DNA of 64,000 nucleotides from Marsupella aquatica (taxonomy: Eukaryota; Plantae; Marchantiophyta), in the NCBI GenBank assembly GCA_973895155.1, contig OZ316896.1, positions 7,263,278 to 7,327,277 on the forward strand, read 5' to 3'. Below the pieces are notes generated by a model. It saw only the letters and a list, made by a program, of their open reading frames with translations, did no database searches and had not been told where the DNA came from. This document shows, in pieces, positions 1 to 11,520 of this stretch. Each line of letters begins with the position of its first letter. The first letter of the stretch is position 1. A program made the translations under genes and the position numbers.

Positions 1-3000
1 AAGCTGAATTGACCCATTAGCATAAACCTGGTGAACAACATAAGGACCCAACCACCGAGTATGCAACTTGCCTGGAAAATGAGCATACCTACTGTCATAG
101 AGTAATACCAGTTGTCCAGCAAGTAAAGAAGTTGGCTTCTTCAACTTCTTGTCATGATGTTGCTTCACTTGAGCTTGCTTCTTCTTCACTTGCTTGCTTG
201 CCTCTTCCCGGATTTCCTCCAACTCCTCCAGCTGGTAAGCTCTCTCCATTAAACTCTGGTCAGCCTCCATTCTCTCCTCCACACTTACCCTCAAAGTAGG
301 CACTTCAAACTCAACAGGTACAAGGGAGTGTTGTCCAAATACTAGGTAGAAAGGACTATGGCCGGTTGTGGTCTTGAAAGCAAGGTTGTAGGAGTACACA
401 GCTGAGTATAATTTGTCATCCCAATCAGTCTTGTGTGCCGCCACGGTTTTGTTCAAGATCTTGCCAATGATGCCATTAGCTCTCTCCGTTAATCCATTGG
501 CCTTGGGGTGATAGGGGGTGGTCTTCCTATGCTTAATCAAGTAATGGTTAGTGAGCTCCTCCACAACTTCATTCAAGAAGTGAGTCCCCCTATCACTAAC
601 CAGCTCTAGAGGTGGCCCAAATCTGGTAAAAATCTGTTGATACATGAACCTTGCTACTGTGAGAGCATTATCCTTGCTGGTTGGTCTTGCCTCTACCCAC
701 TTAGTAGCATAATCAGTTGCAAGAAGGATGTATCGATTCCTTCTAGACCTGGTCACAGGAGTGATGGGACCTATGAAATCTATACCCCACTTCTCAAAAG
801 GTGCAAGAGGTAAGATGGTGGTAAGAGGGTGATGCCTTGAGTGAGCTGGCTTACCTGTCCTTTGGCAAGGGTCACATCCCCTCACAAAAAGACTTACATC
901 CTTATGAAGTGTTGGCCACCAATACCCTGCATCAAGAATTTTCCTTGCTGTTGTTGCACTTGCATAATGGCCACCAGCCTCCTCCTCATGCATAGCTCTC
1001 ATCACAATGGAGATTTCCTTCTTCTCCAAACACCTCCTTAGTCTCCCATCAACTCCTTCCTTGTGAAGGACACCCTTCACCAATAAGTAAGGTCTGATTT
1101 TTCTCAGGAAAACAGCAGCCTCCTCTTGGTTCAAATCTCTTGGTAGCCGGGTTGTGAGAAGAAATTGGATGATATCCAAATACCATGTATCTCCTCCACT
1201 TCCCACATGAAAGAGGTCTTCATCTGGAAACTGATCATCCACCTCCTTCAAGTCCTCTTCTCCTTCAATCCTTGAGAAGAAGTCTGCATTCCCATGCTTC
1301 TTACCAGGCCTGACCCTCACCTCATAATCAAACTCTTGGAGCAACAAGATCCACCTTGCCACTCTACCAGTTACATCAGGTTTATTCACCATATACTTGA
1401 GAGCATTGTGATCAGTATGAAAGACCACCTTATAGCCCAACAAGTAGTGCCTAAACTTCTTACAAGAGTAGATGATTCCTAGAGCTTCTCTATCGGTTGG
1501 TGAGTAATTCTTTTCAGCTGGTGCCAATAGTCTACTTGCAAAGTAGATAGGGTGATCCCTATTCTGGTCATCAAGTTGACTAAGCACCACACCAATACAA
1601 AAGCCAGACACATCCACATACACATGAAATTCTCTACTCCAATCTGGTGCTATCAAGATAGGGGCTTCAACCAACCTGTTCTTCAACTCCTGAAAACTTG
1701 CTAGCCTCTCAACTGAGGGTTCAACCTCAGCCCCCTTCTTAAGCATGCTGGTTAGGGGTAAAGCTACTTTAGCAAAGTCCTTAATGAACCTTCTATAGTA
1801 GTTTAAACATCCCAAGAATCCCCTCAACTCTGTCACTGAAGTTGGAAACTTGACAGCCATCCAAACAGCAACCTTCTCTTGGTCCACTTCTATGCCCTTC
1901 TTGGATACCTTGTGGCCAAGTAGTATCCCTTCTTCCACACCAAAGAAGCACTTCCCTGGGTGAAGCTTCAAACCAACTTCCCTACATCTTTGGAAGGTCA
2001 TCCTCAAATGTTCAACATGGTCCTTCCCCCTTCCAAAAACAGCAAAGTCATCTATGAATACTTCCAAGAACTTTCTCAAGTAGTCATGAAAGATATTCAT
2101 CATCAACCTTTGGAACATACCAGGGGCATTACAAAGACCAAAAGGCATCCTCCGAAAGGCATAAATCCCCCACTCAGTAGTAAAGGCTGTCTTCAACTGG
2201 TCCTCCTTCCTTATCCAAATCTGGTTGTAACCTGAGTACCCATCTAGGAAGCTATACACTTCCCAACCAGCTACTAAATCAAGTACCATATCAGTAAATG
2301 GAATGGGATAGTGGTCCTTCTTAGTGGCCTCATTGAGTTTCCTAAAGTCTTGGCAAACTCGGATCTTAGGCTTACCATCCAAGCCTGGTTTCTTTGGTAC
2401 TATGACAATTGGAGAAACCCACTCACTATTCAACACAGGATAGATGAAACCTGCTTCCAGCAATTTGTCTATCTCTTCCTTCACCATCAAGGAGTACTTG
2501 GGATTCATCCGATATTGCCTTTGTCTCACAGGTGAAGCTCCTAGCATCAAGTCGATTCTATGCTCACCAAGTTCAGGGTTTACACCAGTAAGATCCAAGT
2601 GACTCCAAGCAAACACATCCACATATTCACCTAGCAAATCTTGGATAGTTTTCTCTTCACCTGATCCCAGGGCATTTCCCAAGTTGAAGGTCTTGTCTTG
2701 CTGGACAGAGATGGTTCTGTACTGCTCAGCTCGAATCACCTCCATCTTGTTCCTCATTGTGGAGTCAAAAGTGCCCTCAAGTTGTGCCAACCTCATGCCT
2801 CCATAGACGGGTGCATTTTCAGCACTTAACTCCTCCTTCTCCTTGCTTGAATGCTGGTCTTCCTGAGTCTCATCCTCCTCTGAGTTTGCAGCCTTCAATT
2901 GGTCCTCTAGCTCCTTTATCTTGAGCTTTAACAAGGCTAAGTGCTTAGCCTTTAACCTCTGGTCATTACTCCTTGTCTTGATCTCAACTTGGGCAGCACC

Positions 3001-5904
3001 CTTGCTGGTCTGATCAACCTCCTGAGCCATTGTGATAGTGTCTTCTTGGTTGCTCTCCTTGGCTGAGGTCTCAGCCTGCTTCACCTCCTCGAGACTGGTC
3101 ACTTCACTGAGACTGGGCAGAGGTGAATGGCTGGTAAGAGCCTCCTGCTCTTGCTCCTCTCCAAACACTTCTTCTTCAGTCCATTGGCTCACCATGTTCA
3201 ACATGTATACCTCATCCTCATCAGATTCAGATTTGGTACTCAACTCATCGGAAAGTTCAGAATCATATTCATCCAACTCATCAGTAGTCTCTCCTTGATG
3301 CTTGTCATGACCCCATGAAACTGAAGTGGCTGGTTTGCCAAACCTAAACTCCTTCTTGCCCCAATCAGACACTACTTTGGCTCCATATAGCCAAGGCCTC
3401 CCAATCAAGATTGGGTAAGTAGATGGCCTTGCTGGTCTCATCACCAAGTAATTCAACAAGAACTCCTGCCCCCCAATGAGAGTAGGTACTTGAGTAAGTG
3501 TCCCCACCGGTAGCACTCTTGCTCCATTTGCTAGCCTCATTGTCCTTGCTGTTGGCTGAAGTTTCTTGAAACCTAGTTGTTGGGCAGTAGCCTCAATCAT
3601 GATATTCACACCTGAGCCTCCATCAACTGGTACATACGAGAGTACACACCCATTTACTTGAACATCAATCTCAGGTGCTCCAAGGTCTTCACAAACCATC
3701 ATCACATCAGCTGGGGTACCAACCTTTGGAAGCTTCCTTCTTCTCCTTCCTACCAACATCTCCTTCAGTTGCCTCCTATACAAAGGGTTGTCTTTGATCA
3801 GCTGCCCCACTGTAGCAGTAACCAAACAATCTTTCACATCCTTCTTGATGTCATAAGAGGGTACCTTGCTGGTCTCTTTCTTCTCTTCCACCTCAGCTTT
3901 TTCCTTCAAAGCTTTAGCAACCTTCAGGTCTTTGTTGATGGCCTCTTGATGCTCCTTAGCCTCCATCTCCTCTAGTTGCCTCTTGACTTCCTCATTCACC
4001 TTGGGATAGAAGAGCTTCGGATGGTCTCTCTTGTAGTCACTATCTTCAGCTGGTGGGACTTGAACTTCTGCTCCAACTTCAACTTCGATTGGTGACTCCG
4101 TTGAGTGCTCCTTTCTCTCCTTCCTCTTCTTCCTCTCTTCCACTCTTTCCTTCTTTCTTGTGGACCTGGTAGACACCTTGTAACACACAGCTTCCTCCTC
4201 AGGTGTCTCCATTCCTGGTAGATCTGGCTGGTTCTCCCCACCAGCAACTTGTGTCACTCCATCTTTGGCCTCCTCTTGCCACTCCATACTCAAGAAGTTC
4301 ACTGTGGCTTCACCGGGAGCCTTGGCAACCGCTGGTGGTGGTGCTTCTATCCTTCCTATCATCATCTTGGCAGCAGATCCAATAGGACAGTTGGCTGTGG
4401 TATGACCCTCCCTTTTGCACACAGCACAAAGAGGATAGGGAGCTCCTTGTCCCTGCCTCCTTGGTTCGGGGCAACTGTTGGAATAGTGCCCTGGTTTTTG
4501 ACAGTTCCAGCAGATCACCACGGTAGTTCTTGCCACTCCCCCAGGTCCTTGAGGTCCCATTTGATCCACCATCCTTGGTTGAAGACCAGGCATCAGTTGA
4601 GGTGCCATGGGTGGAGCTGGTCTTCCTTGCAAAGTTCTTGGGCCTCCTGAAATCTGGTACACCATCTCCGGGGCTTCTTCATAGAAGTAGTCCACCACTT
4701 CACTTGCTTGATAAACATCGTTGGACTCTTCATTGACATACTGAACTTGATTCCTCCAACCTTGACACTCTTGAGGTGTATGGCCAAAACTCTTGCACTT
4801 GACACACCATACATGGGCTCTATTCACCGGCACTTTTCTCCTATCAGGTTGCACACCAGCAAAGTGAACTGATAGGGCCTTGAGTTGGTTGGTGATCTCA
4901 CTCATCTTGTTATCCATCACCTTCTTCTCCTTGGTTGCTGGTGTAGAACCTTCCACCAAGTTGAAGGTTGCAGATTTGTGGTGCTTACCACCTGGCTTCT
5001 TCTTGCTGGCTCTCCTCTTCTGGTCGCTTTTTCTCTTTGCCTTCTTCTTCTTCTTCTTCTTCTTCTTCTCGGAGTCCTCCTCAGAATCAGATTCTGAATC
5101 AGAACTGGAACTACTCTCCTCAGATTCCGACTCAGAAGTATCCTCAACTGAACTACTTGATTCACTTGAGCTAGAAGAAGAATCACTATAAGCAAATCGC
5201 TTCTTCTTTCTCCTACTCTTGGAACTAGAGATCTCAGCACTCCTATAAGACTGAGCCGCCTCAATGGCCTCATCCAACGTATTAGGGTGAGATTGCCTTA
5301 CTGAGACACCCATCTTCTTGGGTAGGCTTGCCACAAACCAAGCCAACAACATGGAGTCTACTGGTCTGGGGTCAAGCTTGGTAGCTAACCTTTGAAACCT
5401 TTGCAGAAACCTCCTTACTGACTCCTTGGATCCCATTCTGATCTCTCCCATCTTGATCAGAGCTTCCGATTCTTCTCCCACCTTCCTAAACTCCTGCAAG
5501 AATGCTAGCTTGAAGGCATCCCAATCATTCTTGATGGCATTTGATAGGCTATTGAACCAAGGTCTTGCTTCTCCTCTCAAGACCCCCGCCAAAGTGGTCA
5601 ACTTAATATCAAACTCTCCATTGGCTTGGGCTGTCCCAATGAAGTCCTCCAACCAAGCATCAGGATCCTCCTTGGGCTTGCCATGGAATGTCTTGTACTG
5701 AAATCTTGCTCTTTGAGTCACCACCATGGCTGCTTCTTGATCTTCACTTGTGTTGGTAGTGGAAGAAGATGTATCACTCCACCCTACACCAGGTTCCGCT
5801 TCAGCTTGCAAATGAATGTCCACCCAATCTGGTTGCTCCAACTGGTCACCAAAGTTGAAACTAAGAGAGGCTTCTTTTAGTGCTTGACTCCTTGTAGTGG
5901 GCAT
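1..5904 (-). CDS. gag-pol: Gag-Pol polyprotein (three CCHC knuckles, aspartic protease, RT, RNase H, integrase), open off the left edge
   Basis: ATG at 5904 (MPTTRSQA) is in frame with the integrase C-terminus at position 1 (...VYANGSIQL). The ORF track lists no stop-terminated ORF in this frame. Motifs: VDGGSGVN (PR), FIDDF (RT), VYVDVSG (RH), PFEKWGIDF and LVSDRGTHF (INT). Confidence 0.92.
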   Translation of the reverse strand, partial: MPTTRSQALKEASLSFNFGDQLEQPDWVDIHLQAEAEPGVGWSDTSSSTTNTSEDQEAAMVVTQRARFQYKTFHGKPKEDPDAWLEDFIGTAQANGEFDIKLTTLAGVLRGEARPWFNSLSNAIKNDWDAFKLAFLQEFRKVGEESEALIKMGEIRMGSKESVRRFLQRFQRLATKLDPRPVDSMLLAWFVASLPKKMGVSVRQSHPNTLDEAIEAAQSYRSAEISSSKSRRKKKRFAYSDSSSSSSESSSSVEDTSESESEESSSSSDSESDSEEDSEKKKKKKKKKAKRKSDQKRRASKKKPGGKHHKSATFNLVEGSTPATKEKKVMDNKMSEITNQLKALSVHFAGVQPDRRKVPVNRAHVWCVKCKSFGHTPQECQGWRNQVQYVNEESNDVYQASEVVDYFYEEAPEMVYQISGGPRTLQGRPAPPMAPQLMPGLQPRMVDQMGPQGPGGVARTTVVICWNCQKPGHYSNSCPEPRRQGQGAPYPLCAVCKREGHTTANCPIGSAAKMMIGRIEAPPPAVAKAPGEATVNFLSMEWQEEAKDGVTQVAGGENQPDLPGMETPEEEAVCYKVSTRSTRKKERVEERKKRKERKEHSTESPIEVEVGAEVQVPPAEDSDYKRDHPKLFYPKVNEEVKRQLEEMEAKEHQEAINKDLKVAKALKEKAEVEEKKETSKVPSYDIKKDVKDCLVTATVGQLIKDNPLYRRQLKEMLVGRRRRKLPKVGTPADVMMVCEDLGAPEIDVQVNGCVLSYVPVDGGSGVNIMIEATAQQLGFKKLQPTARTMRLANGARVLPVGTLTQVPTLIGGQEFLLNYLVMRPARPSTYPILIGRPWLYGAKVVSDWGKKEFRFGKPATSVSWGHDKHQGETTDELDEYDSELSDELSTKSESDEDEVYMLNMVSQWTEEEVFGEEQEQEALTSHSPLPSLSEVTSLEEVKQAETSAKESNQEDTITMAQEVDQTSKGAAQVEIKTRSNDQRLKAKHLALLKLKIKELEDQLKAANSEEDETQEDQHSSKEKEELSAENAPVYGGMRLAQLEGTFDSTMRNKMEVIRAEQYRTISVQQDKTFNLGNALGSGEEKTIQDLLGEYVDVFAWSHLDLTGVNPELGEHRIDLMLGASPVRQRQYRMNPKYSLMVKEEIDKLLEAGFIYPVLNSEWVSPIVIVPKKPGLDGKPKIRVCQDFRKLNEATKKDHYPIPFTDMVLDLVAGWEVYSFLDGYSGYNQIWIRKEDQLKTAFTTEWGIYAFRRMPFGLCNAPGMFQRLMMNIFHDYLRKFLEVFIDDFAVFGRGKDHVEHLRMTFQRCREVGLKLHPGKCFFGVEEGILLGHKVSKKGIEVDQEKVAVWMAVKFPTSVTELRGFLGCLNYYRRFIKDFAKVALPLTSMLKKGAEVEPSVERLASFQELKNRLVEAPILIAPDWSREFHVYVDVSGFCIGVVLSQLDDQNRDHPIYFASRLLAPAEKNYSPTDREALGIIYSCKKFRHYLLGYKVVFHTDHNALKYMVNKPDVTGRVARWILLLQEFDYEVRVRPGKKHGNADFFSRIEGEEDLKEVDDQFPDEDLFHVGSGGDTWYLDIIQFLLTTRLPRDLNQEEAAVFLRKIRPYLLVKGVLHKEGVDGRLRRCLEKKEISIVMRAMHEEEAGGHYASATTARKILDAGYWWPTLHKDVSLFVRGCDPCQRTGKPAHSRHHPLTTILPLAPFEKWGIDFIGPITPVTRSRRNRYILLATDYATKWVEARPTSKDNALTVARFMYQQIFTRFGPPLELVSDRGTHFLNEVVEELTNHYLIKHRKTTPYHPKANGLTERANGIIGKILNKTVAAHKTDWDDKLYSAVYSYNLAFKTTTGHSPFYLVFGQHSLVPVEFEVPTLRVSVEERMEADQSLMERAYQLEELEEIREEASKQVKKKQAQVKQHHDKKLKKPTSLLAGQLVLLYDSRYAHFPGKLHTRWLGPYVVHQVYANGSIQL

Positions 5905-6010
5905 GCCACTCACAATCACCTTCTTATCTCCCTTCTTCTCTTGAACAGCAAACCTGCAAACACACCTCCAAGTCTTGTGGCTCCACTCCAACAAAAACTG
6001 TAAAGAGTTG

Positions 6011-6028
6011 TCCCCGGCAGCGGCGCCA
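6011..6028 (-). promoter_or_regulatory. Primer-binding site, tRNA-Asp-like (Athila-type)
   Basis: Minus strand reads TGGCGCCGCTGCCGGGGA, 8 nt inside the LTR end, near-identical to the Athila PBS TGGCGCCGTTGCCGGGGA. Confidence 0.85.
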
Positions 6029-6036
6029 AAAACAAG

Positions 6037-9000
6037 GGTGGGACTCTATGTCAAACACTTGCCAAGGAGCTTAAGCGGCTTTTCTCCCCAAAAGACTACC
6101 TAATACCTGCTCCATGTCATACCAGGGTCACAAAGGATTGACAAAACTTCTGAAGTGTGCTTACAATGTCCAATCACTCCATACATAAGTAGTTTCAACT
6201 CTCCACTTCTAGAGAGGTAGTCCCCTTGACTACTTTTGTACTCACCCCTTCCCCTCTCCTCTACTCCAAGGATCAGCAAGGGGGATCTCCGCTCCAAGCT
6301 GTCACCTTAGAGTAGATTCTCACACAAACACCCAAGAACCCAAAGTACTTTCCTCTTCAAGCTTAAGTCTCCTCAAGACCCTCAAAGTAGTGTTACCCCT
6401 CAACCTTGCCCCCCTGGCCTTGGTTTGGGTCCACACATCCCCTTTGAGCCCTAGAGAAGGCTCCTCTATCTAAGGACTCTTCCTCTTGTTCTTACTTCTT
6501 GTTAACACCACACACCAAGCAAAGTACTTTCCACCCTCAAGCTATAATCCTCTCTAAGTCTCAAAGTAATGCTATACCTTAACCTTGCCTCCTTGGCCTT
6601 GGTTTTGTACTAGCACATCCCCTTCAAGCTTAGACCAAGATTATACCATAGCATGGACTCTTCTCTTGCTCTCATATACTTCAAATGCACTCACACTTAA
6701 TGGTCACAATGAAGATTGGTAAGTCTCCTTTTATTGCATCACCTTTACAACAAAAGTTCACTACACATTCTCCACACTAAGCATGGACCACCTCTCCTTT
6801 CTCAAGCTTAGCCCTACCTTGGCAAGGTAGAGATTTCACTTAAGAGATGAGACTCCCGGTCCCTAACAAATGAAAACTTCCTCCTTATATACTATCTCCT
6901 TCCACATCACACCAAGCTTGACCTGGGGTCCAACTATACCTCCCCCAAGTCCTCCTAACACACAAAGTCCAACTCTATAGTTCATAGCCCACCCTACTAC
7001 TTGCTATTTTGCCTCCTTCCAAGCCCTGGAATATGCCACACATGAGTGGTATGCTTTGACTTCCAAACCTACTCCCACTTATGGTCCTCCTCACCAGCTT
7101 ACCAACCCACTTGAAATCTCGCAAAAAGAGTGAGTGAGTCTCAAGTTGTGCCTAGTCAAAGTTGGCCTTATTTTACTTGTAACCCCTTTACTACCCTAAG
7201 TAAACTACCCCCTATATTTACTTTTCTTAACTTGATGGCCTTACACCTTTGGCCAAAGGTAAGTACCCTTCTCTAGAGCCTAACTCAAGTGGTATGGGTG
7301 CAAGAAAGGTCAGCCCCTAAATCTGGTATTCATTCCCCTATGCCGACTTTGGTTTGCAAGTTGTCGGGACTCCCTCGTGGCCTCGGTTAAAAATATATTT
7401 GAGTGATTACTTTTCTGGGGTTCCACCTTCACCAGGGGGTGCCTTATCTTCCCCTAACTCAGCACAAAAAAATTTGGGCCCCAACGGATACCTCTAGCCA
7501 AAGTTATGCCCATTCTCCCAAGGCCTGTTTTTGGTGTAAAGCGGGTGTAAGCGGCGGCCCGATTACACTTACCTTACATGCCCCTTATGGGGATTCCACG
7601 TGTCATGAGGGGAGAGCACTCTCATTATACTCATGTTTCTTATGAAGAAATTGTAAGGACAGCAATGTTTGCAGCCATTTCTCTCTCGTGAATTCAATCT
7701 AAAACCACAGCATTCTCTATTGGATTCTTTCTTGTGCAGCAGTCCAGCTGATCAGCCGCCAGCCCCTCAATTTCACAGCCACCATAGCTCACAGCCAGCC
7801 TAGTCAATTTCGCAGCTAGCCCACCTCTTCAATTTTGCCGCTAGCAACACAGTCAATTTCGCAGCTAGCAGCACAGTCACATCAGCGCATTTACAGCACA
7901 ACAACAGCAGATTTGAAGCACAGCAGCAGCAACCATAGCTTGATTCCTTCTCAGTCAAGCAGGTCTCTCTTCTCAATTTCGTAGCTGCCCACCTTTGCAA
8001 TTTCGCAGCTAGCAGCAGCATCATTCAATTCAGCAGCATCAAGGCAGCAGCCAGCCAATTCTCATGAGCATCTCGTGCCTGATTAGTAGGAGCACCTCTA
8101 ATCTAGTGTGCAGCTGTCATAGCAGCAAGCAGCCTTCCCAATTCAAAGCCAGCAGCGATCCTAATTTGCAGCCATAGCTCTTTTCCTTCTCAGCAGCCAT
8201 AGCTTCTTCAATCAGCAACAGCCCTTGCTTCTTCAATCAGCAGCAGCCATTTCAATTCAGCCGCCCTTCCTTCAATTCAGCCGCCCTTCCTTCAATTCAG
8301 CCGCCCTTGTGCTCAATTGATTCCTCAAGTAATCATGCAGCACCTTTGGACAGCCTCCCGGTGCTTGACGTCCTCACCAGCCTCGTGCTTGCTCCTCCTT
8401 GCCTCGTGCTCGCTCCTCCTTGCCTCGTGCTCGCCGCGTGATCGTCGCCCACGCGGTTTACACTTAGAAAAAAATACATTTTTTTTTGGAAAAACAGCAT
8501 TTTGGGGCGATTTTGGACCCCCCTCCAAAACTCACACATAAGTCCAAAAGGACTTCTGAGTAGCTCCACTGATTCTATGGACATAGGACTATGTCCGGGT
8601 TTACTAAGATATAAACAAAACCCTATAACAACTTTTCTAAAATTAGGCAAAGAGGGTCAAGTCTTTATGTCTTCCAAAATTCTTCTCAACTTTGAGATGC
8701 TCCCAAAAAGTAACCAAGTGTGACAAAGTTGTCCCACAAGTTTCTAGGGATAGAGGGGACCATACTTAACCCACTTCCAAACTTGGAACCCCTACATTTA
8801 CCCATCAGCTATTTTTCCCGGGACCCGCTATTTGGTAACTTTGATTTTTGCCAAAATACTTATAACTCCTAGGTTAAGACCCCACTTGACTTCATACTTT
8901 TTCAGGGTTCCCTAGGGACCTCCCAGCACCCATGGGAGAAATATCAGCCAAAAATAAGATGTCCGGTGTCGGGTCATTTTTCGGTCCCGACTTAGTCGCC

Positions 9001-9231
9001 TATTATAACTAAGGACGGACTAGTTTCCTGCCCCTCCTATAGTAACTTGCTTACCCCTAGATAACTTTGCATAACTAAATTCCCTCTTACCTCTACTAAG
9101 CTTCCCTTCTTACTTAAGTGCCCTAAACCTAGCTACTCTGATAGCACTAAAACTTTTTCCCTAACTATTTCCTCTTCTAAACGAAAGAATGTCATGTTTC
9201 TCTACACTAGCTGACACTGAGCCATCCCACA
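6037..9231 (-). repeat. 5' LTR of family 1 (~3.2 kb, non-coding, with internal tandem repeats)
   Basis: Starts TGTGGGAT at 9231 and ends GTCCCACC at 6037 (imperfect terminal IR) next to the PBS. Contains a ~180-bp duplication (~6330-6670), a 20-bp x3 repeat (~8252-8308) and a 21-bp repeat (~8380-8432). The partner LTR is not in the window. Confidence 0.7.
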
Positions 9232-10845
9232 ACGGAGCTCACAAGTGAAGATGGTACAAAGGGACCTGTAATTATGGTCGTACACATGGGCGCTGAAAGT
9301 CAGCCACCCTGTGCTTATTCTCCGCATTACATCAGAACAGACCCATGCTCCTTCCAGCTCACCTCCACTCTTCATCTGCCTGAGAATATCGACACCAGAA
9401 CTTGGGCCATTTGTACTCATTTTGAAGACATGAGCCCTATCGGTCTTGCTCCCCTGCCCAGGGAAAAGGTACCTCTGAACGTAAGGAAAATTATTCCGTG
9501 CTTGCATCTCACGAAGAGAATCCAACTCACCCTTTTTTGGGTTATCCATTTTCACGCTCCGGAATATGGCCTGGAATTTCTCAACAGTGGACACAACCTT
9601 CATCGATTCCCAAATCTCTCTCTCTTCTTCTTTTGATAGTTCTGAAGAAGACTCTGGATGCAAAAGAGAAACCAGGTTTCCTATAGACTTGTTAAGAACA
9701 CGCCCTGGCGTACACACGGGATTCGCTTTATGAACACCAGAAACTATCTCCTTCGCCTGCTTTTTTGCCAATCGAGATTTCCCCTTCCAAACAACGTGGT
9801 CATGGAAACCCATGTGAACAGCCAATCGAGACATATGTTTCACAACATTTGACTCAAGAGACGGCTTAGGATAGACATACAAAAGCTTAGCCGGACATTC
9901 ACGGATGCAGAGAGGCCTCTCCTCACAGAATCCGCACACCAACCCTCCTTCCTCCACAAGCTCACCAAGATGAAATGGCTCAGTAAATTGTCCCTTTCCT
10001 CGGAAGGAAGAGTCATTTTTTGAACCGGTGTGCTTCAACTTTCTACAGACCAGATTTTGGCATTCAAGTACACCGGCACATCTGACTTTTGACACAGACC
10101 AGTGATTGCGAGGTTTGAGATTAGCTGAAGTTGTGAGAAGTCTCGTCCATGGATAGCCGTCATTATCCCTATCCATGTCCTGAAGACCATATCCTCAACG
10201 AAATTGACCTTCCACCGGAGGAAGCTCAAAAATGCAGTTTCCGTTGTATGAAGTGGGCAAAGTCTGCACTTGAATCTCCTTCCAATCGTTTCCCCTGCGG
10301 AAATTTGCCAACTTGCTTGACCCAGTAATATTGAGAAAGGCATCATATGCACTAACTCGATAAAGAACTGGCTGAGATTGAAACTCGTTTTGACTCACTG
10401 CTTCAAAAACGGATTTCTCAGAAGACTTTGTCGACACAGAAGAGACATCCCTACCCACACTCTCAAGGGAGATGTCAATAATTTCTGGTACTGCAGGTGA
10501 CGGTCGAGTCGGGGATTCTGGATCGGAAACATTGATATGTGCAATGTCATCCTTACATGAGACTAGCTCTACATCTGAACCACCCTTTAGGTCCCAAGCT
10601 CTTTCTGGCAATATTCCTGAACCATTATCCGACACCTCGTGACTTCTGGATCCATCCCGAGAGTAAAGAACGAACAACTTCCAGATGAAATCATCTTTGA
10701 AAAGCCCAAACCTCGATGAGAGAAAAGACTCCTTGACAGAGATAATAGTATTCTCCGGAACATCCAGAACAACAACATCACCCGTCGTCTTTCTCTCGAT
10801 CACAACCTTCGATCCCAATGAAGACATGCTGGAAGTTTTGGACAT
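9232..10845 (-). pseudogene. MULE/Mutator-like transposase copy A with GCM-like Zn domain; one premature stop, 3' part cut off by the Gypsy insertion
   Basis: ORFs 10195-10845 and 9202-10176 share a frame, separated by TGA at 10195-10197. Motifs CAGVLECQNLVC...CGFC...C...HMGFHDH and WVCSD. Homologous to copies at 20-23.7 kb and 38-40 kb. Confidence 0.8.
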
Positions 10846-11020
10846 TACAGTCTACAGCAATCCACAATGTGAGATACTTCGCTCTCTTCTTTCTCCAAAT
10901 ACATATGAGGAAATGTGCTTGTGTAGGTGTTGGACTCAATGTATTTATTTAATAAATGCCTCTTATTCCCGTTATCTGACCGTTATTTTGTCTTATATGA
11001 CTCTATTTGCGGAATGATAA

Positions 11021-11134
11021 AGCTAGCGATCTCGCTAGCTCAATGAACCAAGTAAAATTGTTCAAATCCTTACAAAACACCCTTCAGGAGTTAATGTATT
11101 TAGTGGTCATTTTTTGGCTAGCGATGTCGCTAGC
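11021..11134. promoter_or_regulatory. Two GCTAGCGA-N2-TCGCTAGC palindromes in the divergent intergenic region
   Basis: AGCTAGCGA-TC-TCGCTAGCT at 11021-11040 and GCTAGCGA-TG-TCGCTAGC at 11117-11134. Function is inferred only. Confidence 0.6.
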
Positions 11135-11520
11135 AAAAACATTTCCTCATAAGAGACCATTGTGACCGTTTATATCCGTTGGAATTGGTCAACGGGTACC
11201 TACATGTCAACGGTACGGTACAGTACTGGACACCTGTCTCATTGTCATTAGATACTTTTCTTTCAGTCGTGAGTTTGGTGGTTCGTATTTCCGGAAGTCC
11301 ATGTATACCTGACGTTGTCTGAAAAATGATTGCGAGAAGAGTCGTACAGAATATTTGTATCTCTTTTCACAACCGGGCGCAGCATTCAGGTGAAAGCAAC
11401 AGACGAGGGTACGATTCTGTCTTTGATTGGAAGATCAATTCTCGGGTGTTTTTATGTTCGCAAAGCGTGTCGCCCTCGACCTTGACCTGTTGATACCCTT
11501 ATCACTTCACGGACCCCCTG

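Larger units (their letters stand above)
1..9231 (-). mobile_element. Ty3/Gypsy LTR retrotransposon, non-chromovirus type (family 1); 5' LTR, PBS and gag-pol; 3' end beyond the window
   Basis: Order LTR-PBS-gag-PR-RT-RH-INT on the minus strand. It interrupts the MULE transposase frame right after ...CTIFTCELR. Confidence 0.93.

Noticed and set aside
841-5880. Many short plus-strand ORFs, including Ser/Phe-rich ones
   Set aside because: Antisense shadows of gag-pol; the (CTT)n run at ~5040-5068 encodes poly-Lys in Gag. The same holds for short antisense ORFs over the LTR ORFs.
9200-9206. TCTACA as the family-1 LTR terminus
   Set aside because: Transposase homology stops at 9232, and TGTGGGA at 9231 mirrors the PBS-proximal end, so 9231 fits better.
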